Shown here: positions 1 through 10,470 of the stretch, piece after piece
Position numbering within the stretch: the first letter of the stretch is position 1
Layout: every line of letters begins with the position of its first letter
Assembly: GCF_964355755.1 (NCBI RefSeq)
Contig: NC_092680.1
Coordinates: 19,663,045-19,727,044 of the forward strand
Direction: 5' to 3'
Length of the DNA: 64,000 nucleotides
From: Antedon mediterranea
Taxonomy: Eukaryota; Animalia; Echinodermata
The notes under the pieces: model-generated
Databases searched by the model: none
Told to the model about the DNA's origin: nothing
The model's input: only the letters and a program-made list of their open reading frames with translations
Made by a program: the position numbers and the translations under genes

Positions 1-3000
1 TTATCCAGAACAAATTCATGTCCAAATTAGTCATTCCTAGTGAATCCTAAAATAAAGAAATTTAATTGCAGATATAAAGTATAGGAATTAAAATCTATAT
101 AATCCATCCATGTTCTAGTGAAAACTTCTACTTACTGTTGACGGATCTCGTGGATTTGCTGGTTCATCCAAATTGTCCATCACATTAAATGCAACACAGT
201 AAGATACTGTATTTGTAAGAAAAAACTAAAAAATACACAAAACGTTACAATAAAAGGAGAAAATTATTAAAATCCATTTAATGTAATTAACCATAATAGA
301 TTATGCATGTACAGTAATGTTAAATAACAATCTTGAATCGAGTCTGGCACTTTCTCTTCTCAAACCTAATTCTTATTGTTTATCCTCAGCACCACACGAT
401 CAAATTAACAGACTTATTCTAGTACTAGAGTGTTGATATATGTTTCAAAACTTAGCTAAAATTCAATAGGTAATGATCATAGTCATAATGATAATGAAGA
501 TGCAAAATAGTAAAAGTGTACCCTGTGTGTTATGTAGTAGTCTAGTTGACCGGCGTAGTCCCATATACTAGTTATGTCACTCACATCTACCTTCCCGATT
601 GTTAAACTTTTATATAAAAACTTCACAGCTTTAGCCACCAAAGTGTTATCATTGTTTTCTAAACAAAAATTACAAAATATTAATGCTGATCAATAAATCG
701 TTTTTAAATCAACAGTATAAACCCAATATTTAGATGTTGGAAAAGTGTCTTAGTTATAGTATACCTTTCCCTAATTTCTTATCAACATTTTTTGCTAACG
801 CATGTTCACGAGTTTCCTTGGATAGCTTTGCTTCTGTACAAAAGGGTGAGAAAAGTACATAATTACTTGTTTAATTTTACATTAATTTTAAATTTAATAT
901 TTAATAGATATTAATAAGTTAGGTATGAAGCAGTGTAGGCCTATTGGTCGAAACTTCGAAAAACCAACAGTTCTTTTCATAACTAATATATTACAAATTG
1001 ATAGGTAATTACATTGTTTGATTCATTGATGCGGTGAAAACTTCTGGCATCAGTACAAAATTTCTAAAGAAATATATATATAAAAACTTTCCTCTCGAAT
1101 AATCTCCCTGCGAGATTCTTATGAAATATACCCTTATCGTGTATCGTTTACCGTTGTTAGAAAACTGCGTGTTTACAAAAAAAAATAAAAGTTGTCTCCT
1201 CCTGAACAATTGTCCGGGGCGATACAATTAACATTGAAAACAACAATCTTTATGTCATTTTATAATCTAAATATTATAGTTAATGTTAAAATTATGGAAC
1301 AATAATGAATGTGACAAATGATGTTTTATACTGTATGTTTTAGTTCAAATTGTTTTTAGCTGCCTTATCTTACCATCTACATCTTTCATCATCCTCCACT
1401 TCCCACTATCATTCCCTCTTGCTTGAAACAATGTCGTGGTAACAATACCATTAGTAGATGGTTCTTTGGAATCAAATCTATTATAACAATGTATGGTAAA
1501 GTTGAACACTAAACAGAAGAAAAATGTCAAGACCGAAACTTATTATTTAGATCAATTTAGATCTTCAATCGAATTTTAAAAATATAAAGGGTTATCATTG
1601 AGATTATGGTTAGTTTATATTGAAGTAAATAAAAATTGATGTTCTACGAAATTCTTTATTTTTATCCTTTAAAATTTTCAAAAACACAAAAAAATGATTT
1701 ATTTAGTATAAAATGCCATTAAAATGATACGTTTGTTTATTACTTTTTTCCAACCATAGCCTTTACACAGCTAGTCTTGCCAGCACCTTCTTTCCCAAGA
1801 AACATACATCTTGAATTTACAAGTGAGATTTTACCATTTTTAAGTTCATCTTTGTATAGCTTGATAGCATTTTTACCCTTAAAATATATTTCTGCTGGAA
1901 CTAACAATTCTAATAAACAAATAGGAATTTAAAATACATTAATAAATCTGTCTTATTTTTTAATTGTTTGACAAAATTGAATGTAGCAATGAAAACTATT
2001 TTGACATTGGTGTTAAGTAAAATAATTATTAAAACCTCACTTACTGTCAAAGAGGTTTAAAATATCAGTTTGTATTTTTGGGTTTTTTATCTCTGTACTA
2101 TTTTCTAAAACAGACACGGGTGTAACTCCTTCCTATAAACAAACATGTTTGGTTAGTATTAACAAAGATTCCTAACTCTAACTGCATATAAACACTGTAA
2201 AAAATATTGAAAAAGCACTAAAATGCTTTAAAATCAGAATACATAATAAAATGAATGTTTCAAATAGTTTTAAAAGTCTTGAATTGATTAGAAAACAGGT
2301 AATTAAAAAACAAACGTTTTGCAAATATTTTAAAAGATAGTCTAAAAATCTATACACAGCGAAGTGCATTATATTTTAAGAGACAAGTCACTATATCTAA
2401 GGTAGGTTCATGTTCAAATAGCAGATATATAATGAGAAATTGTTTTTTTTCTGTCAAAAAACAGATTTGCCAGAAAAGATCGATAGATTGTAAACCTATT
2501 CCTGACAACTATATAGATTACCTTATTTTGCAATGTTGCTGCAGATGCATTATGCTTTAAGAGACAAGTCACTATATCTAAGGTAGGTTCATGGTAACTA
2601 TTACTCAGATATAAATGTAGTGGAGTGTTTCCATCCTTGAAAAAATGAAATTCATTGAGGTAATTAATACTGCCGCTATAATCGCTATAATATAATGCAA
2701 AATTGGTTTTCCGTTATTTTATTATTATTTTTGATAAGCCAGTGCCAATTTCACAATTCATGACAACAACTATCGAAAATTACTTCTAAATCTAGTAGCA
2801 AATAATCCCAATTGATTTAGAATGATGAACATTAAAAAAAAGATTTGCCAAAGAAGGTCCATAGATTATAAGCCTATTCCATGACACGTATATAGATTAC
2901 CTTATCTTGCAATGTTGCCGCAGATGCACTATGCTTCAAGAGACAAGTCACTATATCTAAGGTATGTTTATTCCTATGACGCAGATATAAATGTAGTAGA

Positions 3001-6000
3001 GTGTTTCCATTCTTGAAAAAAATTAAATCATTAAGTTAATTAATACTGATAATTAAAAAATTAGTTTTTCTTTGTCATATTTGATAAGACAATGACAATT
3101 TCGAAATTCATGACAACAAATATCAACAATTACTGCTAAATCTAGTAGCAAATAATCCTATATCGTACGCCTATTCCTGACAAGTATTTAAAGCTATTAC
3201 CTTATTTTGCAATGTTGCTACAGATGTATTATGCCTTAAGAGACGAGTCAATATATCTGAGGTAGGTTCATGTCTAAATAGCAGATATAAATGTAGTGGA
3301 GTGTCTCCATTCTTTAAAACAAATCAAAATCATTGAGTTAATTAATACCGATAACCTGTGTCTAATAATCCAATGACAATTTCACAATTCATGACAACAA
3401 CTATCAACACTTCTAAATCTGGTAGAAAATAATCTTAATTGATGAATGATTAACAAGAAAAGTAGATTTGCCACAGAAGATCCATAGATTGTAAGCCTAT
3501 TCCTAACAAGTATATATGATTACCTTATTTTGTAATGTTGCTGCAGATGCATTATGCTTTAAGAGACAATTCACTATATCTAAGGTAGGTTTATTCCTAT
3601 GATGCAGATATAAATGTAGTGGAGTGTTTCCATCCTTAAAAAAATTAAAATTCATTACAAAAATAGATTTACCAGAGACGATATATAGATTGTAAGCCTA
3701 TTCTTGACAAGTATATAGCTATTACCTTATTTTGCAATGTTACTGCGGATACATTATGCTTTAAGAGACAAGTCACTATATCTAAGGTAGGTTTATATCC
3801 ATAACTCAGATATATGTGTAGTAGAGTGTTTCCATCCTTGAAAAAATCAAAATCATTCAGTTAAGTAATACTGATAACAGCTTTAATGCAAAATTGGTTT
3901 TTTTTTGTTGTTGATATAAAGTTTACGGTACCCCACGTATATTAGTTCTGAAAGAACTGTTGAGTTTCTCGACCTTTCGATCAATATGCTTTGATCGTCC
4001 TCAGGAGTGAGAATGCAGAAAGTCCAGGAAACTTGGAATATAAGTAAAAAGGGGTGGGACTGGTGTGGAAGCCAGAAACAATGGCAAGTTCACAAAGTGG
4101 AAGGGATTGAAACTAGCTATAGAAGAGCGTTGTTTCTGATAGGTGTGAAAAGCAAAGTGAGATAAGCTAAAAACAATAGCATTGTCTCGAAGCTGGGTGT
4201 AGACTGGCCAAACAAAGACCATGTGTCTAGACAGGATTCTATGGCATGGTTTACTGTCGATGAAGATTCTTGTTGAATAAAGATAGCCAAATGTCACTGA
4301 TAACAAATCCAATATATTGATAAACAGTGTTGTGTTTGTAGATTTCAATAACTTCCCTGGTTCGTCTGGAAGAAACGGTAACAATTAGTTCAGCATCTTT
4401 CCAATTAACTCGGTGTTGTTGTTTGTGAGAATGCATAAGTATTGATGATTTGTCTTGCTCTCCTCTTCTGGCATGGCCTTGATGTTCTTCGAGCCTGTTT
4501 GAGCACCTTCAATTATACCGAAGGAAGAGATCATCCAACAAATAGAACCTACTTTGACAGGTCAAGAACATTCGTATGCATTCAACTGTTACGTCAGGGC
4601 ACTAAACCGAAATCCAACATCACCAAGGAAGAACGAGATGCTCTTAGAACTTTTATCATCTGGCAGCACAACAAGGTGGACTTAGATAATTTTCTAACAC
4701 ACCTAAACTCTCAACATTGAATTATTGCATTCACCAGGGAAGAGGAAAACGACCACAGTTTACCATTCCTTGACGTATTTGTCACAAAAATCTTTTTTTC
4801 AGAATTAATATACGTGGTGTACCGCAAACTTTATAGCAACATTTTATTTCGCCATGCAAACCTTCAAACAATATATGGGGTTTCTTTGTCATATTTGATA
4901 TGCCAATGACAATTTCATTCATGACAACAACTATCAACAATTACTGATAAATATAGTAGCAAATAATCATTGATTGTCAATGATGAACAAGAAAAAGTAG
5001 ATTTGCCAGAGAAGATTTATATATTGAATGCCTATGTAAAATAGCTATTACCTTATTTTGCAATGTTACTGCAGATTCATTATGGTTTAAGAGACAAGTC
5101 ACTATATCTAAGGTAGGTTCATGGTAACTATTATTCAGATATATATGTAGTGGAGTTTTTCCATCCTTGAAAAAAATAAAATCATCATTGAGTTAATTAA
5201 TACTGATAACTGCTATAATGCAAAGTTTGTTTTTCTGTAATATTTAATAAGCCAAGTTCATTCAGAATACCAACAATTACTGCTAGATCTAATAGCAAAT
5301 AATCCTAATTGATTGTCAAGGAGGAACATAGAAAATACATTTGCCGGAGATAATATATGATTGTAAGCCTATTCCATGACACGTATAGATTACCTTATTT
5401 TGCAATGTTGCTGCAGAAGCACCATGCTTCAAGAGACAAGTCACTATATCTAAGGTATGTTGATTCCTATGACGCAGATATAAATGTAGTGGGGTGTTTC
5501 CATACTTAAAAAATCAAAATAATTGAGTTAATTAATACTGATAACTGCTATAATGCAAAATTGGTTTTTCTTTAATATTTGATAAGCCAATTTCATTCAG
5601 AATACCAAAAATTACTGCTAAATCTAATAGAAATAATCCTAATTGATTTTCAAGGAGGAAAAAAGAAAATACATTTGCCAGAGATATCTATGATTGTAAG
5701 CCTATTCCATAACACGTATATAGATTACCTTATCTTGCAATGTTGCCGCAGATGCACTATGCTTCAAGAGACAAGTCACTATATCTAAGGTATGTTGATT
5801 CCTATGACGCAGATATAAATGTAGTGGGGTGTTTCCATACTTAAAAAAATCAAAATAATTGAGTTAAGTAATACTGATAACCGCTATAATGCAAAATTGT
5901 ATTTTCTGTAATATTTGATAAGCCAGTGCCAATTTTACAATTCATGACAACTATCAACAATTACTGCTAAATCTAGTAGAAAATAATCCTAATTGATTGT

Positions 6001-6862
6001 TAAGGAGGAACAGGTAAAAATAATCATTAACTCTATTATCTAAATATGAAATTGTGTATATTGACTGACATGGGCCAATCCCGCACTGTTCACTTGTTAA
6101 ACAAAATACATATATATTTATTAGTTACATTATATTTACTAACTACATGTCGCTTTTAGACCGTACCTTATCGATAGCTTCCACCAATGGATACGTAATA
6201 CAAATTTGTTCAATTCTTTCCAAGTCATTACGTAGAAAAGCCTGTTTCCACTGTACTGTAAGAATTTTAATTAATTAAATTTTTGAAAAAAATAATTCAT
6301 TATTACTTGTATATATTCATTATTAATCAATTTATTATCAAAATAATAAAATTTAATATAATTTTTTTTAAGATTTTGTATCAAAATGTTATTCTCTACC
6401 TAATTTTATGAAAATTAGTCATTTTTGTATCAACATGTTCAGCTCTACCTTAATTGTTGTTTTATTTAAAATTAACCTTAAAATCTTATTCAAATATGTA
6501 GCTTTCTGCCTATTATCTTTAATTTATTAGTGTCAAAAAATGGACTTTTATCTGTTGGTAGTGGCACGAATTGCTATTACGTGTTTCGGGGCGATTAAAG
6601 ATGGAGAAACTTCCTTGTGACATAAAATACAAACACATAACAAACAGGAATCCAATTATAAACTTTACAATAACTCTTAAGAGATCATTCTCACTTTACA
6701 ACCATTCTCCATCCCTTTTTGTTCCTCAATTCTTTTAACATATTTTGTTCCAGAACGTTGTATTAGTTATGTTAACTTAGGTTAAGGAATGGTGCAGTTA
6801 TTACAGTTGGATTTGAAATGTTTAAAATACTTACCTCTCCTTTTAAAAACGTCTTTATTCAT
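1..6862 (-). CDS. Ankyrin-repeat ROCO-family GTPase (ANK array + ROC domain); 3' part lies outside the window
   Basis: Frame-consistent GT-AG exons in transcription order: 6862-6835 (MNKDVFKRR), 6255-6167, eight ankyrin exons (5839-5729, 5504-5394, 5165-5052, 3836-3726, 3634-3524, 3311-3201, 3011-2901, 2635-2522), 2132-2045 (EGVTPVSVL cap), 1909-1744 (VPAEIYFKG...RCMFLGKEGAGKTS, P-loop), 1477-1374 (EPSTNGI, switch I), 833-765, 658-522 (IWDYAGQLDYYITHR, G3), 225-136 (FFLTNTVSYCVAFNV), 46-1 (LDMNLFWI). These are the characteristic ROC motifs. The start exon is less certain than the rest. Confidence 0.88.
3910..4840. mobile_element. Rearranged Penelope-like retroelement fragment with inverted terminal segments
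   Basis: Minus strand encodes a GIY-YIG C-terminal remnant (NRLEEHQGHARRGEQDKSSILMHSH...NWKDAELI...RRTREVIEIYKH). Plus strand 4600-4790 encodes a PLE RT remnant (SNITKEERDAL; FIIWQH..LDNFLTHLNSQH*IIAFTREEENDHSLPFLDVFV). About 40 bp at 3915-3951 is inverted-repeated at 4799-4835. Confidence 0.85.
3968..4007 (-). ncRNA. Minimal type I hammerhead ribozyme motif (Penelope pLTR-associated)
   Basis: Reverse complement reads ctc-CTGAGGA-c-GATCAA-agcata-TTGATC-GAAA-ggtc-gag: conserved core boxes, 6-bp stem II, ctc/gag stem I. Confidence 0.7.
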
Positions 6863-8779
6863 GTTGGCTTATGGTAACGAAAATTAGGTCTAAGCGTTCT
6901 CTTTTGGAAAATATAAAAGTAAATAATAATGTAATCCTATGTCTCTGTAAACTGATAATTTGTATACATTTCTTTTTCTATTATTAAGTTGTATGTAGAA
7001 GTCTAGGATAGGCCTATACTGAATACCAACGATATGGATCACTCAGATTTTCAGAACAAGAAAAAGAGACTCATAAATAATTCTAAAATGCTTTATATAT
7101 CAAACCGAAAACAAATCAATGCAAAACAACTGTTTGCCTCACAGTAACTTAATGGTACAAAAGGAATGCTATATTCTTTCACCTACTAGAGAAATAAAAT
7201 GGAGTGACATTATTTACTTCCGTTAAAAGAGTGTACATAGAGTAAAACCATTTTATAGGTCTAATGAACTACAGTATTTTGTTTCATCAAAACCACTTGC
7301 ACATACAGAATTTTAACAGCATTTATGGTGTGTTACTATTAAAAACTATTATTTCATACTTACATAAATCTGTTCATAATCGTTTCCAAAACGGTCACGA
7401 CATATCAATAGCACTTGTCTTCTGGCGTTGCTGTATCAATATATATCAATGAGTAAGTAAGTAATGACTTCGGACTTTCCTCATACTCTATTTAACTGTA
7501 ATCTTTGTTGTACTAAATAACAGAAAAAAGGTCTAAGATTTTCGACCATCAGAAAGTGTTTTTATTTTCTTCAAAATGTCTATATATACTTAATTTTATT
7601 TGTTTTTGGTAATTAAGTGGAGACTGCCAGATAAATAGATAAAATAATTAACCTAGTGACCCATACAAAATCATCATTCTAAATGTATAACCTGTACGAA
7701 TGTTCTATTGAACGTCAACAGCTACTGTGTGGGACATGAACAAGCAACAATGAAGTTCAATTATAAAAATGAAGTGCGTTTTTAGGTTTAAGACGGTTGA
7801 ATGAATATGTAATAACACCCAGTATTGAAGATATTTTAGCCGGAGGTATTTTAAAGAATGTATACATGGTGTAACACCATTTCTACTGGACTATTATAAA
7901 AAAAACATCAGAACCCATGAATTTATTTTAAATCTGTTAAGACAGGCCTTTTTTAGAAGGTATCATTAGCAATACGTGACAACTGTTCACACCTCAGCAG
8001 TTGACAGTCTGTATATAACTGTCTATGATCGGATGTGAATTATTGCTGAAAGTGAATTTCTGTTTCTTGTGACCACAAAATGTGTGTTTGAAGACAATAG
8101 TCTTTAAGAGACCGAATAAAAAACTTGTCAATAAGTTAAGTTTATTAAACATGACATGAATATCATATTACTTGCTGTTGTGCTAACCTCATGTTTGCCT
8201 AATACAACATTTCCTTACATATTTAATCAACTAAGTTGATGTTGTTTATCATGGTAATATTGTAGCTCTGTTATATTTTTCAAATATTTTTGTCTTTTTC
8301 TATATTACTAACCTTCAACTAATTTTGAGCAATTGTATGTACTACAATTGTATAACTATGAACTATTTAAGTTAATACATATTTTTTGTAAAGTTAACTT
8401 CCTGTACTAAACGTCATAACAACGAAAACAAATTCATGCTTTTTTAATATAGTGGGAAATGAAGCAATAATTAAGCCTACATATATACTAATCTATATAT
8501 AGATGTTTGTTGAATAAAAGACAAATTCTGATTCAAACGTTAGGGCTATTGTTGTTTTAGGAACGCTAGTACACCAAAACCAGTACAGTTTCATGATCAT
8601 TCAAAAAATGTCATGATATTTTACTCACAAATTGTCAAGACCAAACAAAGTAACGTTTTCTGCTAAAAACACAGTAAATAATCTTAATCAATTATCATTA
8701 ATGATGAAAGAGACAACAAAGTGAGTGAGATGGGTTATTTGTTTCAGATCCAGTCTTAATCAGTGCCACTGTTTTAATA

Positions 8780-8885
8780 CCGTACCTTATATATATACAT
8801 ATATGTTCACAACACATGGATACTATATACAAATTATTTGGTCAATTGTTTTCAATATGTAGAAAGCTTGTTCAAAATAATTGTA
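8780..8885 (-). pseudogene. Decayed copy of the second coding exon of the ANK-ROC gene
   Basis: ccgtacctta...atggatac...tacaaatt...gtagaaagc resembles 6161-6255 and keeps the same donor, but has indels and a TA expansion. Confidence 0.55.
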
Positions 8886-9267
8886 CAATTTTTGTTTAAA
8901 TAAAAGAAATAATGCAACATTACATGTAGGCTCAATCATTAATTCATAACATTTATTCATTCACTAGTCGACCACTTTTGAAAATATAAAAGCTAATCTT
9001 TAAATTAATATACAATCTTTCCTAATAAAATATGTTTGTCTCTGTGAACTACAGTAATTCTTTTTCTATTGTTTTTAAAATTTCTCATCGCCAAAAAACT
9101 GCAAATTGTAACAGGGAGGGATAGATTTTATTAGCAAATTGACGGCTTACCCCAATGGGGCGAATTCGTATATATATATATATACTGTACATTCTAGTAA
9201 CACCTAATTTCCCCAATACCATCATTCTAAAATGAAAAAAAAAATCGAAAATCCATTTTAGGTCCTT

Positions 9268-9364
9268 TTAGTCGTGTGCAACGCCACTATGTCGGTCGGT
9301 TGGTCGGTCGGTAAACACTAACTTGAGCACGCGACTACAGCCATGTAGCCTATATGGCCTTGTT
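9268..9364 (+). mobile_element. Non-autonomous Helentron-type (DINE-1/HINE-like) element
   Basis: Starts in a T run (tttagtcgtgtgc), has a (GTCG)n microsatellite, an internal inverted copy of the 5' end (gcacgcgacta) and a 3' hairpin (gccatgtag..ctatatggc). It is absent from the paralogous site near 11485. Confidence 0.65.
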
Positions 9365-10384
9365 AAGTTATAATTGTATCATTTGCAAACTTACAATAGT
9401 GAAACGTTTAATCTGGTAGCTGAAAAACTATATCATTACAAAAAACAAACAAGTTTCACTCCTTCTACCTTCATCAGTTATAGACTAGATCAGGAAGTAT
9501 GTATAACTATAAGTATCACCTGTGAGAATGTCCTATTGAACGTCAACAGTGAACTTCAATTATAAAAATGGAATGCCATTATTTGTGTCGTACCGTTGAA
9601 TAAATAACTTGTAATAACACCAAGTATTGAAGGTATTTTAGCAGAGGTATTTCAAAGGTTGTATACATGGTGTAACTGTTCTGTTTCAACAAAAATATTG
9701 CCCTACAATATGTACTTTTATTGTATCAATTATTCTTAAGACAATTATTTTAAACAAATATCAGAATCCATGAATTTAATTTAGATTTAGATTTCTTGTG
9801 ACCCCAAGTGTACAGTATTTGAATACAATAGCTTTTAAGAAACCGAATAAAAATGAAGCACGAATAAAAATGGTCAATAAGTTAAGATTTTTAACCATGA
9901 AATGAATCATATTTCTTGCTGTTGTCCTAACTTCATGTTTTGCCTAATACATCATTTCCATGGATATTTAAGTTAGGCCTAATACATATTTTTGTAAAGT
10001 TAACTTTCTGTACTAAACGTACGAAAACAAATTAGTAACTAGATTTAATTTGTCACTATGACGAATTATAGGTTATATGCAACGATTTAAATAAAGATAA
10101 TTTTTTTTAAGATTGATTTTGTCTTGATCTTTAATTATTTATAATATGTGAAAGATAGGATCTTGGTAGCGCAAATACAAATATCCGATATCACTGTGGC
10201 ACATCGAGCCACTTGAATAAAACAATCCGATCAAAGATCCCTCCGCGTATATGTCATACCACCCTTGTTACATAATAGTAAAGACATAAGTTACTCTAGA
10301 TTTTATTATACATCAGGCGTACAATTTATACACTAAGAAATAAAATTGAATAAACAATACGGATATATTTAGTATTATTTCGTT

Positions 10385-10470
10385 TCGATTCCGAAGGTGA
10401 GATTCGATCTCAGTACCTCGACTGCTACAGGAGACGCGATCACAGACCACCGAGCCATATACACACCTGA
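10385..10470 (-). mobile_element. tRNA-derived SINE head
   Basis: Minus strand has A box-like TGGCTCGGTGG and B box-like GATCGAATC but no good cloverleaf. Confidence 0.45.

Larger units (their letters stand above)
2360..6010 (-). repeat. Tandem exon+intron duplication array of single-ankyrin-repeat exons (8 intact, 1 decayed)
   Basis: Units of about 200-380 bp share both exon (e.g. DGNTPLHLYLSNSYHEPTLDIVTCLLKHNASAATLQNK) and intron sequence (gattgtaagcctattcc, aaatctagtagcaaataatcc). Exons are 111 or 114 bp, phase 0-0. The copy at about 2360-2450 is truncated and out of frame. Confidence 0.95.

Noticed and set aside
4001-4384. 127-aa ORF as a host gene
   Set aside because: Off-frame reading of the Penelope GIY-YIG/pLTR remnant within a ROCO intron.
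2360-6010. CRISPR-like repeat-spacer array
   Set aside because: Units are 200-380 bp, the spacers are homologous introns, the repeats are spliceable ankyrin exons, the context is eukaryotic and there are no cas genes.
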